A stretch of DNA of 63,966 bases, counting the filler, from Phoronis australis (taxonomy: Eukaryota; Animalia; Phoronida): NCBI GenBank assembly GCA_002633005.1. It is 6 parts of 6 records of this genome, joined end to end, with 100 filler letters (N's around TTAATTAATTAA, not from the genome) between each part and the next. Parts side by side here need not be neighbours in the genome. Positions count along the whole stretch, not along the records: positions 1 to 19,600 come from NMRA01000876.1; positions 19,701 to 23,042 come from NMRA01003081.1; positions 23,143 to 34,360 come from NMRA01001369.1; 3 more parts are not named here. One strand, written 5' to 3'. Shown here in pieces: positions 12,854 through 23,395 of the stretch. Below the pieces are notes generated by a model, which was given only the letters and a program-made list of their open reading frames with translations, had not been told where the DNA came from and did no database searches. How positions within the stretch are numbered: position 1 is the first letter of the stretch; every line of letters begins with the position of its first letter. The translations under genes and the position numbers were made by a program.

Positions 12854-12896
12854 CGACAGATAGCGTAAGCAAGGCGATCGCTGTAGAGGCTTTCAT
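12854..12896 (-). CDS. Exon 1 (signal peptide) of mucin-domain Cys-loop receptor-like gene
   Basis: ATG at 12896 gives MKASTAIALLTLSV plus 1 nt, then a GTGAGT donor (phase 1). Basic N-terminus followed by a hydrophobic core. Confidence 0.8.
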
Positions 12897-13354
12897 TTCG
12901 AGAAGTAAGTGATGCTCCAACTACTTCTAAGCGATACGTGTACTGAAAATTTCATAACAAGTGTTATTTAAGATTTTAGGAAAAAGTCCTCATTTGGTCA
13001 ACTTACAAATAACACTTTTAGATATTATACTTTATACAATGTTCTTCAAAAACTGCTAGAAATTGTCTTAAAATGGCCTACTTATGCACGAGGGGTTATA
13101 AAATTAGGATTTTCATAATGCAATCAATTAAACTTGTACCAAACGAAATCGAAATGATAATTTAGGAACACGGTTTTCGATATTTCATTTAAAAATTTAC
13201 ATGTATATCAAACAAAATTTGGCCACGTATTGATATTGTTGTTTTGCTATGCATGTACCGTTGAATCATTTCTGAAAATTTTTTACTTAAACGACATGTC
13301 GTCAACATTTAAACCAGATTACATAATCACAACCGGTTTTACACACATTCTTTC

Positions 13355-14378
13355 ACACAGGTGAGGCAACATGACCGCTGGACACTAAACAGGGTCATCG
13401 GCCCTCCAAGTAGAACTGACTCACCACAAAACACGACCAGAGTGTATCAAATGGACCTTCAGGAGCAGAAAATGGGGCCGATACACCTAAAACATAACTA
13501 ACCCACCACGAAACAGGACAATCGGAGACCGAACGCGACCGCCTGACAAAATATTTTCTATGGCTGTGAGATTTTGGTTCTGGTGGTACTTTTCCCCAAG
13601 AAGCAGTTATACACGAACGCGTTTTTGACTAAAACGTCAAATTGGACAAATTGGGGAGTTCTTTTGTTCTCAAAACTAACATAATGAATAACATTATCAT
13701 CAATTGGTTCAAAAATATGTTTACTTGTTCATTTTTTACCCACATCGGCGCAAAGATGTATATTTAGTAAACGCAATAAGGTTAGTTATGAGGATACTCT
13801 ACCTGAAAACCAGAACGCCCGTTTTTTGACTTGACTAAAACGTCAAATTTGAAAAAATGAGTTTCATTTTGTTCTAAAACTAACGCAGTGGATAAAATTA
13901 TGATTATTTACCTCAAAAGTGTGCAACGTGTTTGGTTTTTGGTTTGATTTATTTCTTTTAAATGTTGACCTTGTTTCAATTGTCACATACAGCATCAGAG
14001 TCTGGTAAAGTAAAGGTCTGAAGCGCCGCGTTTTAAAATGCGATCCTGTAGCGCACAAAAGATGTCAGTGAATTAATCAGCTTGAGACCTGCATACAAAT
14101 AGCTCCATTATCCGTGTAGGCCAACATTGTCAACTGGCCGGATTTAAAACTTAACCTGGTTGTCGTTGTTTCAATCCCCGGAGGTCATGTCCAGTCTCCG
14201 GCGTTCCTGTTTAGTGGTGGGACGGTCATGTTTTTAGGGGCGTCAGTCCCATTTTCTGGTGCGACGGTCACATTTGATTCCCGTAGGTCGATTATTTTGT
14301 GGTGAGTCGGTCCCATTTGCAGGACCGGTAGTCATCTTCTTGACCGTGGTCCGGCGGTCATGTTGTTTCTCACACGTG
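13355..14378. mobile_element. MITE-like element with ~200-bp imperfect terminal inverted repeats
   Basis: 13355-13545 (cacacaggtgaggcaacatgaccgc...) is the approximate reverse complement of 14170-14378 (...gcggtcatgttgtttctcacacgtg). Same family as 23143-23395. Confidence 0.6.
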
Positions 14379-14519
14379 AGTATATAGTCAATCCTTTGAT
14401 GGCTAACCCACTACTAGTGAGACTGGAATGTGGTTATACCAGCTCATTGGTCGGACTGACCACGTGATGTTGGAGAAATTCCAAAGATTTCTCCAAATCG
14501 ATCCTTATCTCGTTTATAG

Positions 14520-14711
14520 CATGCTCGCACCCAGGGGGGGGGGGGCGAAATGGGCAAAAAGGTCCCCTCAGAGAAACAAAAAGTCCGAGGGAACGCGACA
14601 AAAGTCCACTAAAAAGACATAATTTTTTAGTCCTCCCGCTTATTTGTCAGCAAAAAGTCCACATCACCACCATCTCGAGCCTCTCGATATTAAAGGCTGG
14701 GTGCGCGCATG
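14520..14711. mobile_element. Small MITE
   Basis: TIRs catgctcgcacccag / ctgggtgcgcgcatg with a poly-G subterminal run. Confidence 0.55.
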
Positions 14712-17575
14712 TAAAGGGTATGTTTACATGTAGCATGGACAAGATGATGTCACCGATTCAAAGACAGGTCAAAGTCAAACTCTACATGTTCTGTGCTTCC
14801 AAAAATACAGTCTATAGAGTTAAATTTGACGTTTCTGTACATGTACATATTTGGCAAAAGCACAGACTGGTGAATCAATGTAACTTATCAACCTGAAAAC
14901 CACAATAGGTTTGGTAGTTATTCAGTTATGATCAAAGCAAAAACAAGCACATTGTGTACCGACATTTAATACAATGCATAGGTATTTGACCTAATCGAGG
15001 TTACTTGTCCAAGTTGAATGGCCCATGTATTTGTCGTACGTGTGGTTAAAACCAGCTCCAAAATAGAGAAGCACAGAACGCTAGCGTCTTCAGTTGGCAT
15101 TGCTTGTCTCATCAGCAACGTGGGAAGTCCGTTCCAGTGTAAGCCTACTATATACATACCTCCCTTTGAGTACCCTAGACATATTGTTTACGCTTGCTTG
15201 ATATAGTGTTGATTAGTAGCGAAAATATTTTTCCTCGACTTCAATACATATTCACTACCTAGATCACCATAAACTGCAAGCGCACTTCCGAATGTTTCAA
15301 TTGTACTTCTTTTACATTTAAGTGCAGTTTATGCTGGTGCTGATTACAATTCTACTCCATTCCGATCTGAACTCACCACCAATGCCCGTTATGGAAACCG
15401 AAGTGACCGAGCCCTGGTCAGTGTCTGTACGTTTTGAATGTTAAGCTCTGTCGAAAAAACTAAAAGATCAAAGCCATAATTAATGACAATTCAAACCTGG
15501 TAACTAGAGTGGCCCGTCCTGGAACTAACTTACCAATTTTATGGTGGGAAGAAAGCAACGCTGGCACCTTTGCCTTGGTCAAAGTAGCACAAATAAATAA
15601 GACTGGCGGTTATGCGCAACAAGACTATGAACCGTTGGAGACACGGAAGGGTCGTATATCCTCAACCTAATAGTGAACCATTGTGTAGCCTTATAGAAGC
15701 GCTGGTTATTCAACTTTTGATTGCACAATCGGACAGGTAGCCGAATCACCATTATAGTTAATAAAAGCACATAAAAGAAAGGATATCGGGAGGGGGGGGG
15801 GGCTACTCAGTCTTTTGGCCTACAATGAACGTCAGTGACTAGAAAGACGCCATATTGAAGCTAGGCATGCATGGAAATGGGCTACAGTTTATACTCTCAT
15901 TCTGAATAAATCCACTAAACAAGCGCCAGTGTAATGGATCACACCGACACGGCTACCGACTGCGTAATTGTCCTTGGCAGAGTATAGGTACGATGCATGC
16001 AACATCAAAACTTGAAGTCGGTTGCTCGGAGAAGTTTGGAAGCGAATTGTTAATTGATTTCAGTTGGACTCTAGCCGCCACAACTTACCCTTCCACAGTT
16101 TTTACAGCGGACATTTGCGGCTGTGACTGTCACCCATTCCTCCAGTTGCCAGAATGTTCGCCGACTCATCCTCAAATTCCACTCTGACTCTGGACGAGGA
16201 TGGACGCATTCTCAGCGAAGCGGTCGGAGTAAGCCACAGCTGCGTCTTACAGAGGCGGTCCGTGCATAATATAGCGAGGCCCAACCAAACTGAAGCTTAA
16301 TGGACTGGTTGGGAATGAACGTCCACGAAATGGTGACTTTATCATACGTTCTGTAACCCCCAAATTCTATGGACATTTGAAGCTAGCCGTTACCCGCATA
16401 ATAACCACGGGTAGTAGCTATTGTATGGGAAATGCGGAGGGGAAATAGCTACACCTTCAAGTGATTCCTCGTAAGAGACAGGGATATTTCTTGAAGAGAC
16501 CGTTTTATTTTAAAGCTTCAATTACAATTTTTGTCAGATTTTGGCAAGTGTGTGGGATTCTATCCGCAGGAAGGGGATTATTTTTTTTCTCTCCAGAACA
16601 TTTGACCCTGCTGTAACATAACGTACGGTAATCAGCTATTCTTTAAAGTGAAAACTAAGGAAAAATTGAAAAGAATAATGCCGTAATACACAAAGTGTAG
16701 GTCTACAATGTATTTACAAAAGTCACATAAATGTACATACTAAGGTAGAAAGCCAGCTAGCTGTATGAAGACTATCGTGAACTCTGGACGTTAAACACCG
16801 AAGCTTCACACAACTCAGGTAGCTCAGATCGTCACCTCATACGGTCGGCGGGGGTGTATTTGTGGGAATCAAACGACACTCAAACTGTCCGTTACAGTCG
16901 TTTAAGTAGCAAAACAATCTAATAAACCTCGTTTTTGCGTAATTCTCCGCCTTTTGTACGAAAGAAAGCCCTGTCGCGGTGGGAGATGATGACAGCCTCG
17001 CAGCAGATTGGGTTTGTTGGTATTAAAATACTAAAAACTTATAACGAAATAATTCAGTTCAGACTGTTATGGTATGCACACAACTTCGTGGAAGACTGAG
17101 AAGAACAGTTGTACTGAAAAATCGGGGAAATCTGCCAATACGTTACGCAATGGCACCGAAAGCCGACATAAGAATCCACCACAATTTTAGCAGCAAAATA
17201 ACGGTAAAACGCCAGCTTTCCCAACATCGGTAAATAATTGTTTACTCAAGGAAGAGTTTATTTTTTAATGTCATCACTAATTTTGGCGACGACAGGCCAA
17301 GAAGAAGTACGGTGCCACTGAACAGTTAGACTATAGCAACAGTTCAGGCATTTTCTAATACAGAACGTGTGTCAAGTTTGGTGGGAGGTTTGAGGAATTT
17401 GTTGAAGAAAATTGCCAGGAAACTGATTTACTCGTGTTTTTGAATCAGAAAAGCCAAGTTTTTTTAGCCGTGACCAAATTTCCATGCAAAATGGTGGCTG
17501 TCGCTTGCTTTCAACCCCTGTCGCCTGCTGACTAAGAAAACGGATGTACATGTAATTTCAGGTGGCTGTCAGTCC

Positions 17576-17731
17576 CGGTGCTGTAGTTGGGCGTAGGCGC
17601 ACGTAGGCGTAGCCAATCACCTTTTGGCATTTGAACGTAGCGCCTACGCACCGTAAGTTACGTTCAGTGCTCAAGGTGATACGGTGGGCATTGGGCGCCT
17701 ACTTACCTCTAATTTTACTACTACAGCACTG
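17576..17731. mobile_element. hAT-like MITE
   Basis: TIRs cggtgctgtagt / actacagcactg, flanked by near-identical 8-mers tgtcagtc / tgtcagac. Confidence 0.6.
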
Positions 17732-18545
17732 TGTCAGACAGATCAAAGTTGCAAAAAAGTAGCTGGTAAGGGGCGTACTATGACCACATTTTTAAAATTA
17801 AGAGCGAACGAGCATTCTGAATCTGCCGCCAGATTTTTTCTAGCACTTGCCTGGAAGTAGTTAATTTGGGGAGAAAACTGTCAAATTTGGTGGTTTTGGT
17901 CCTGTTTTGTGTGCCGTTTTTTCCGATGTCAATTAGCCGATTAAAAATCTGTAGCAGAATTAAGTTTCAGTTATCATGAGTAGTGCTTTTGAGTTGGGAA
18001 ACTCAAAAAACCTTTTGTTTTTTTTTCAGACTCTCGATAAGGACGTGAGATTAGGACTCGTCTCCACTTGGGTCTGAGTCGGCAGCTAAAACCCTGCAAT
18101 AACTGTAGTATGCCTCCTTCGGAAGCCGGAAGGAGTGGAATTGAACTGACGGATTGAGGTCACCCAGGCCAAACGTTGAACCGACGGACTAACGTTACCA
18201 AGACCAGTAAGAAACTCGCGCGATGGCCGGTGCACTACCTGGGACCATGGCGGTGCCGAAAAGGGCGCAACGAAGATCTTTGTGGAGCGGGGGGGGGGGC
18301 GAGTTTGTGTGAACGATGCATTTTATATAACAGATAGTCCAAAGGCACCAGGCGCGTTTAAAAGAGTTACCCCCAGCTCAGATGACGTAATTTATCTTGG
18401 GATGTTTATGTAAAGCACTGCCGAATACAATAGAAACGTACTGCGTCGTTCGGTTGTGCCTTGGGGCACGAAGTATAGGCTAGCGGGTAATCGAGTGACG
18501 GAGAAAGCAAACCGAAACCTGACGTCAATGCGTTGCCATTGAGTG

Positions 18546-18619
18546 CAACGCCTCCATTGACCTTTCCGTCCTTCGTAGTCTACTCGGTACGAAGGACGGG
18601 AAGGTCAGTGGAAGCGTTG
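18546..18619. repeat. 32-bp inverted repeat (long hairpin)
   Basis: caacgcctccattgacctttccgtccttcgta, 10-nt loop, tacgaaggacgggaaggtcagtggaagcgttg. Three non-Watson-Crick positions, two of them G-U on the + strand. Confidence 0.85.
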
Positions 18620-19600
18620 ATAATTTTGTTGGAGTAAATTAACCCCCCCCCCCTCCTCCAAATCTTTTAGAAACACAAGTTCTGAACTGCAATGGATATG
18701 TGTGTGCAGGGCAAGGCAGTTACGGTCGGCAAGACGTATAGTAGATGATATCTTAAATCGTGGATCAGTGATGACGACTGGACAAACACGACGCGTTCAA
18801 CACATGGTTTGTTTGTAATGTCATCAGGCATGGCGATATTCTTGGAAGCGACTTTTGTGCGCAATACATTTTCTAGTTCAGATACTGTACGCAAACTGGT
18901 GCAAGTAAAATTGCAACCGTCTGTAAAACCACCTGAGCAATCGTACCGATTGAACCATGAAAACATGTGCAATGCATGTGTACACTATAGCAGAGCATGC
19001 TGCCGCGGATCTGAGAATTTTGTTAAAGGGTGATACCAGGCGCTCACTCTCGTCTCTTTTAGATTTTTGACTGAGTGCTGCAGCGAAACAAAATAGTTAT
19101 TTACAGACATGGTACTTGTCAAGCTGTCGACGGCGTTACTCTCTACAATTGCCGGGAAGATCCAAAAGAACGCACAGGGCAATACTTCGCAAAATCGCAT
19201 TTTTAGCGTGAATTATTTTCAGAAAACATGGGTTTTCTTTCGGACACATGTCAATCTAACTTGTGTATTGCGTGTTTTTGTATAGGATGCAATGGGGCTA
19301 TTCGGAAAATCTACAATAACTAGAGGGCGTGCGTGTACTAGTGGTGATAGATTAACAGCCTCGATTTCGCGCGCCCTTTAAATACATGGTGAAATGGCTT
19401 GCAGCCGTGCCAGCTGAATCTGAGATTGCGTAAAAAGGGTGCTTCTATGAGAGGAAGTAAGCACGACCTCATACAAAGGTAAGGTTTGTGATTATTTTTA
19501 CGATTATTCCATGATTATTCTACCGATGCCTGTTAACTGAGGCACTCGCCGAAGTCGACTTCGCGGCAGTCAGTCGCCAGCCAGAGTCTGGTTAATCTTT

Positions 19601-19700
19601 NNNNNNNNNNNNNNNNNNNNNNNNNNNNNNNNNNNNNNNNNNNNTTAATTAATTAANNNNNNNNNNNNNNNNNNNNNNNNNNNNNNNNNNNNNNNNNNNN
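19601..19700. other. Artificial contig spacer (N-TTAATTAATTAA-N)
   Basis: Identical 100-nt spacer also at 23043-23142, 34361-34460, 45298-45397 and 56972-57071. Confidence 0.97.
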
Positions 19701-20146
19701 AGACTGGTAATAACTAAATGGCGAAATTCTCGTTATAGGATGGCTTGGCAACCTTATAAACTTGTTAATTTGCCTTCATTCTCGGTCTGCATGGGGGATG
19801 ACTACTTGGCATTGAATTCTGCTTCCACTCAGCCATCATTGCAGGGAAGTCTGTGGTCATTTTGTCTGAATACTTTTGACAAGTACTGTACATAAACAGA
19901 ACTTTTTAATGCCAGATTACACATATATACATCAATTTAATGACACATAATCGATTATACGTTGCTTTAATCCTGTCACCTGCAACAGACCCAAAACTGA
20001 CGAACATTGGTGCTAATCATCATAAATTAGCAACAGATGTCAGGTAAACTACATAGTCCTATTGAAGAAGTCATCGAAGTCTCGAAGATCTACTAAAGGT
20101 AATTTGTGATTGCTGTACTATGGCAATTGGGCCATAATTTTTTCTG

Positions 20147-20318
20147 TTAGCGGACTAAAGGTGTTTGTTTAAGCTGAAGCAGTATTGATCGCATCCTTGA
20201 AACATCTTTTGTGTTCTTGGAATTTTTCGGGTTGAATTCACACAGGCGAGCAATGCGTTCCCAGTCCTGCCCTGGCACTGATTCATCCCTGTCCTTGACA
20301 AATTCTGCTTCTGCCTCT
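20147..20318 (-). CDS. Clc: Clathrin light chain, last coding exon
   Basis: Acceptor cattacag (phase 2). EAEAEFVKDRDESVPGQDWERIARLCEFNPKNSKNTKDVSRMRSILLQLKQTPLVR* is the characteristic CLTA/CLTB C-terminus. Confidence 0.95.
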
Positions 20319-21454
20319 CTGTAATGCCAAAGGTGAAAGTTTAGAATCCAAATAGCCAATCACTGGAAATTGAGATGAGAAAAACCAAGAGGTATTTTCA
20401 CAGTTGTGAAGAGGCAGAGAATTAATGTTACATTCTGTATTGTCAAAGAATTTTAAAAGAACCTAGTATTCTAACATTTGCTACATAAGGCAACACTAGA
20501 GGCTATTATCTTACTCATATCAGGGACTAAAACGTGCACCTAAAGTAGTTCTATTCCCTCAGTGTGACCGCTACAGCGTGCAATCAATTACTCATCTAGT
20601 GAACCCGGCACGCCTGTTGCATGGTAATTTATAGGTCCAAGCGAGAGTGACATGTATTACTAGAACGAGTCATCTGAGTGACAAATGAGGCCAGGACGAA
20701 CTTAGTCACTCCTTTCTCTAACTTTTGAAAGTTCAGTAACAAGTGTGGTTTCGTTTTTCTCATAAATGACTAAATATACAAAACACATCTATCAACAGTA
20801 TTTACAGTACGGTTTATTAGTTTTGAAATGAAGTGCCCTGTGTAAACTATGTTGTGTCTCATCTCACCAGACCTCACCTAATCACCCGTTTTTACATTTT
20901 TTCCATCAATGCAATGTGTCATCTGCACAAGAGTACATGTAAAGTGTTCTCACATGAGCCCAAATGCTTACAGTATCGATGTAATGAACCCTCAATAAGT
21001 TAGAAAGATTGAAATATTCACTTGTATCAGGGCACTAGAAGAACAGAGACAAAATTTTCAGTTGTAAACTGTGTACATTTGCTACAAAAAGCAGAAATGT
21101 TTTTGCCGATTGACAACGATGTGACATATGGCCAATGCAAACAACTGTACCTTTCACTCCAATGTAAATTGTACTTAACATCGAATATCTACAGTACTTC
21201 AATTGCACAAACAATACATGTGGACTAATATCTACCACAAACCACAAGTGACGAGGCTCAGAAGGGAAATTCATAGAGGTCAGCTACAAGCAATTTCTCT
21301 GATGGAGAACCTTTTTCTGAACTTATTTAAGATTTGTGGGTAGAACACAATTGTGCAACCACCAACTCCATGTCGACAAACACAACCAAAACTACAACAG
21401 GCTAACACCTTGCACCAGGTGACCGCAACAACAAACGCCATAGGAATTACTCAC

Positions 21455-21466
21455 TTGTTGGCAATC
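21455..21466 (-). CDS. Clc: Clathrin light chain 12-nt microexon (R-IANK)
   Basis: ctctcttttgccacgcttatag|GATTGCCAACAA|gtgagt; phase 2-2, in frame with the last exon. Confidence 0.75.
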
Positions 21467-21537
21467 CTATAAGCGTGGCAAAAGAGAGTATACAATAGTG
21501 AGGATTGTGCAGTAGCAGTGTTTAGTGCAGGGTTACT

Positions 21538-22830
21538 AACAAGAGCAACGCAGAGCGTTGAAATGCGCCCACGATTGCACCGTATACGGTATCCTTCTAG
21601 GGTTGTTTATTGGTACCATCAAGTGGCCAGTAGAGGGCATATATGTAGTATGTTGTACTTTGCAAAATGGAAAGGCATGGTCATTGTCTCCTCAATAGGC
21701 TAGGGGCAAAATNCGTAAAAAAATAAAATTGCCACTAGGGGGCACACTGGTAGGCGGATCTGTCCAAAAGTCATCATCGTTTGTTGTTAACATCATACTT
21801 ATTAAATTTCGTAAAGATCCTGCGAACGGTTTAGGAGATACAGCCATAGGCGCAAAAAAAAACAAAGCTGCCACTAGGAGGCGCCACAGTAATCCAAATC
21901 GTCTGAAAATCATTGTCAGCTGTCTCCTTTATAGTAAGCACATACATGCCAATTATTACAACCATCCTTTGAGCGGTTTGGTTGATAGAGGGGTGGACGC
22001 AAAAATACAGACTCGAAAACAGTAAAAATGGCCACTAGGTGGCGCAAACTATGTCGAATCCATCCGAAAACGGGAGGATAGCGTCACATCACTAATAGGT
22101 GCTTACATACCAAATTTCATGAAAATCCATTCAGTACTTTTGAAGATACAAAGGTAAGCGTAAAAAACTAAAATTGCCACTAGGGGGCACACCGGTAGTC
22201 AAATCCGTCTGAAAGTCGTAATGTTCCGTTGTTAACATCACATAAATATACTTACACAATTTCGTAAAAATCCTGCGAACGGTTTAGGAGATACAGCCAT
22301 AGGCGAAAAAAAAAACTGCCACTAGGAGGCGCCACAGTAGTCGAAATCGTCGGAAAATCATCGTCAACCGTCCTCTACATAGTAAGAACATACACGCCAA
22401 TTTTCACAATCTTACTTAGAGCGGTTTGGTTGATAGAGGGGTTGACGCACAAAAACAGACTCGAAAAAACTAAAAATGGCCACTAGGTGGCGCAAACTAT
22501 GTCGAATCCATCTGAAAACGGGAGGATAGCGTCATCTCACTAATAAGTGCTTACATACCAAATTTAATGAAAATCCCTTCAGGACTTTTGAAGATACAAA
22601 GGTAAGCGTAAAAAACTAAAATTGCCACTAGGGGGCACACCGGTAGCCGGATCCGTCCGAAAGTTCGCACATGCCGTCCCATTCAAGATGGAACATATGT
22701 GCCAAATTTCATGAACATATGTCAAAGGGTTTTGGAGATAGAGCAGCGGATGCCGGACGGACGCCGCCCGTACGGACGGACGGACGGAGATGACGGCATA
22801 ATGCGTCCACATATAAATATGTGGGCGCAT
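21538..22830 (-). mobile_element. HINE/DINE-1-like element, copy 2 (extra partial core unit follows to ~23040)
   Basis: Same termini, (GACG)n and core repeats as 5141-6432. Confidence 0.8.
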
Positions 22831-23142
22831 AAAAATAAAATAGTCACATTTAAAGATGCACGAAGATTCATTGATGAAGTCTAAAGACACAGAGACAAAC
22901 GCAAAAAAATTGCCACTAGGGGGCACAGTCATATTCGGATAAGTCCAAAACTCATCAGCAGCTCCTCACAAAGGTCTTTTAAGGGTTAAAGAGATTCAGC
23001 CATGGATTCAAAAAACAATAAATCACCAATGGGGAGGGTGGGNNNNNNNNNNNNNNNNNNNNNNNNNNNNNNNNNNNNNNNNNNNNTTAATTAATTAANN
23101 NNNNNNNNNNNNNNNNNNNNNNNNNNNNNNNNNNNNNNNNNN

Positions 23143-23395
23143 CAGGACCTCCGGGGATCAAATGGGACCGTCGCACCAGAAAATGGGACTGACGCACCTA
23201 AAAACATGACCGCCCGACCACAAAACAGGACCGCCGGAGACTGAACGTGACCACCGGGGATTGAAACCGCGTATTGTCCGGCGGTCATGTTTTTAGGTGC
23301 ATCAGTCCCATTTTCTGGTGCGACGGTCCCATTTGATCCCCGGAGGTCCTGTTTTGAGTGAGAGGACCGGCGGTCATGTTGTTTCTCACCCGTGT
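23143..23395. mobile_element. Foldback MITE (family of 13355-14378), cut by spacer
   Basis: caggacctccggggatcaaatgggacc...aaaaacatgaccgc is the reverse complement of gcggtcatgtttttagg...cccggaggtcctg. Confidence 0.65.
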
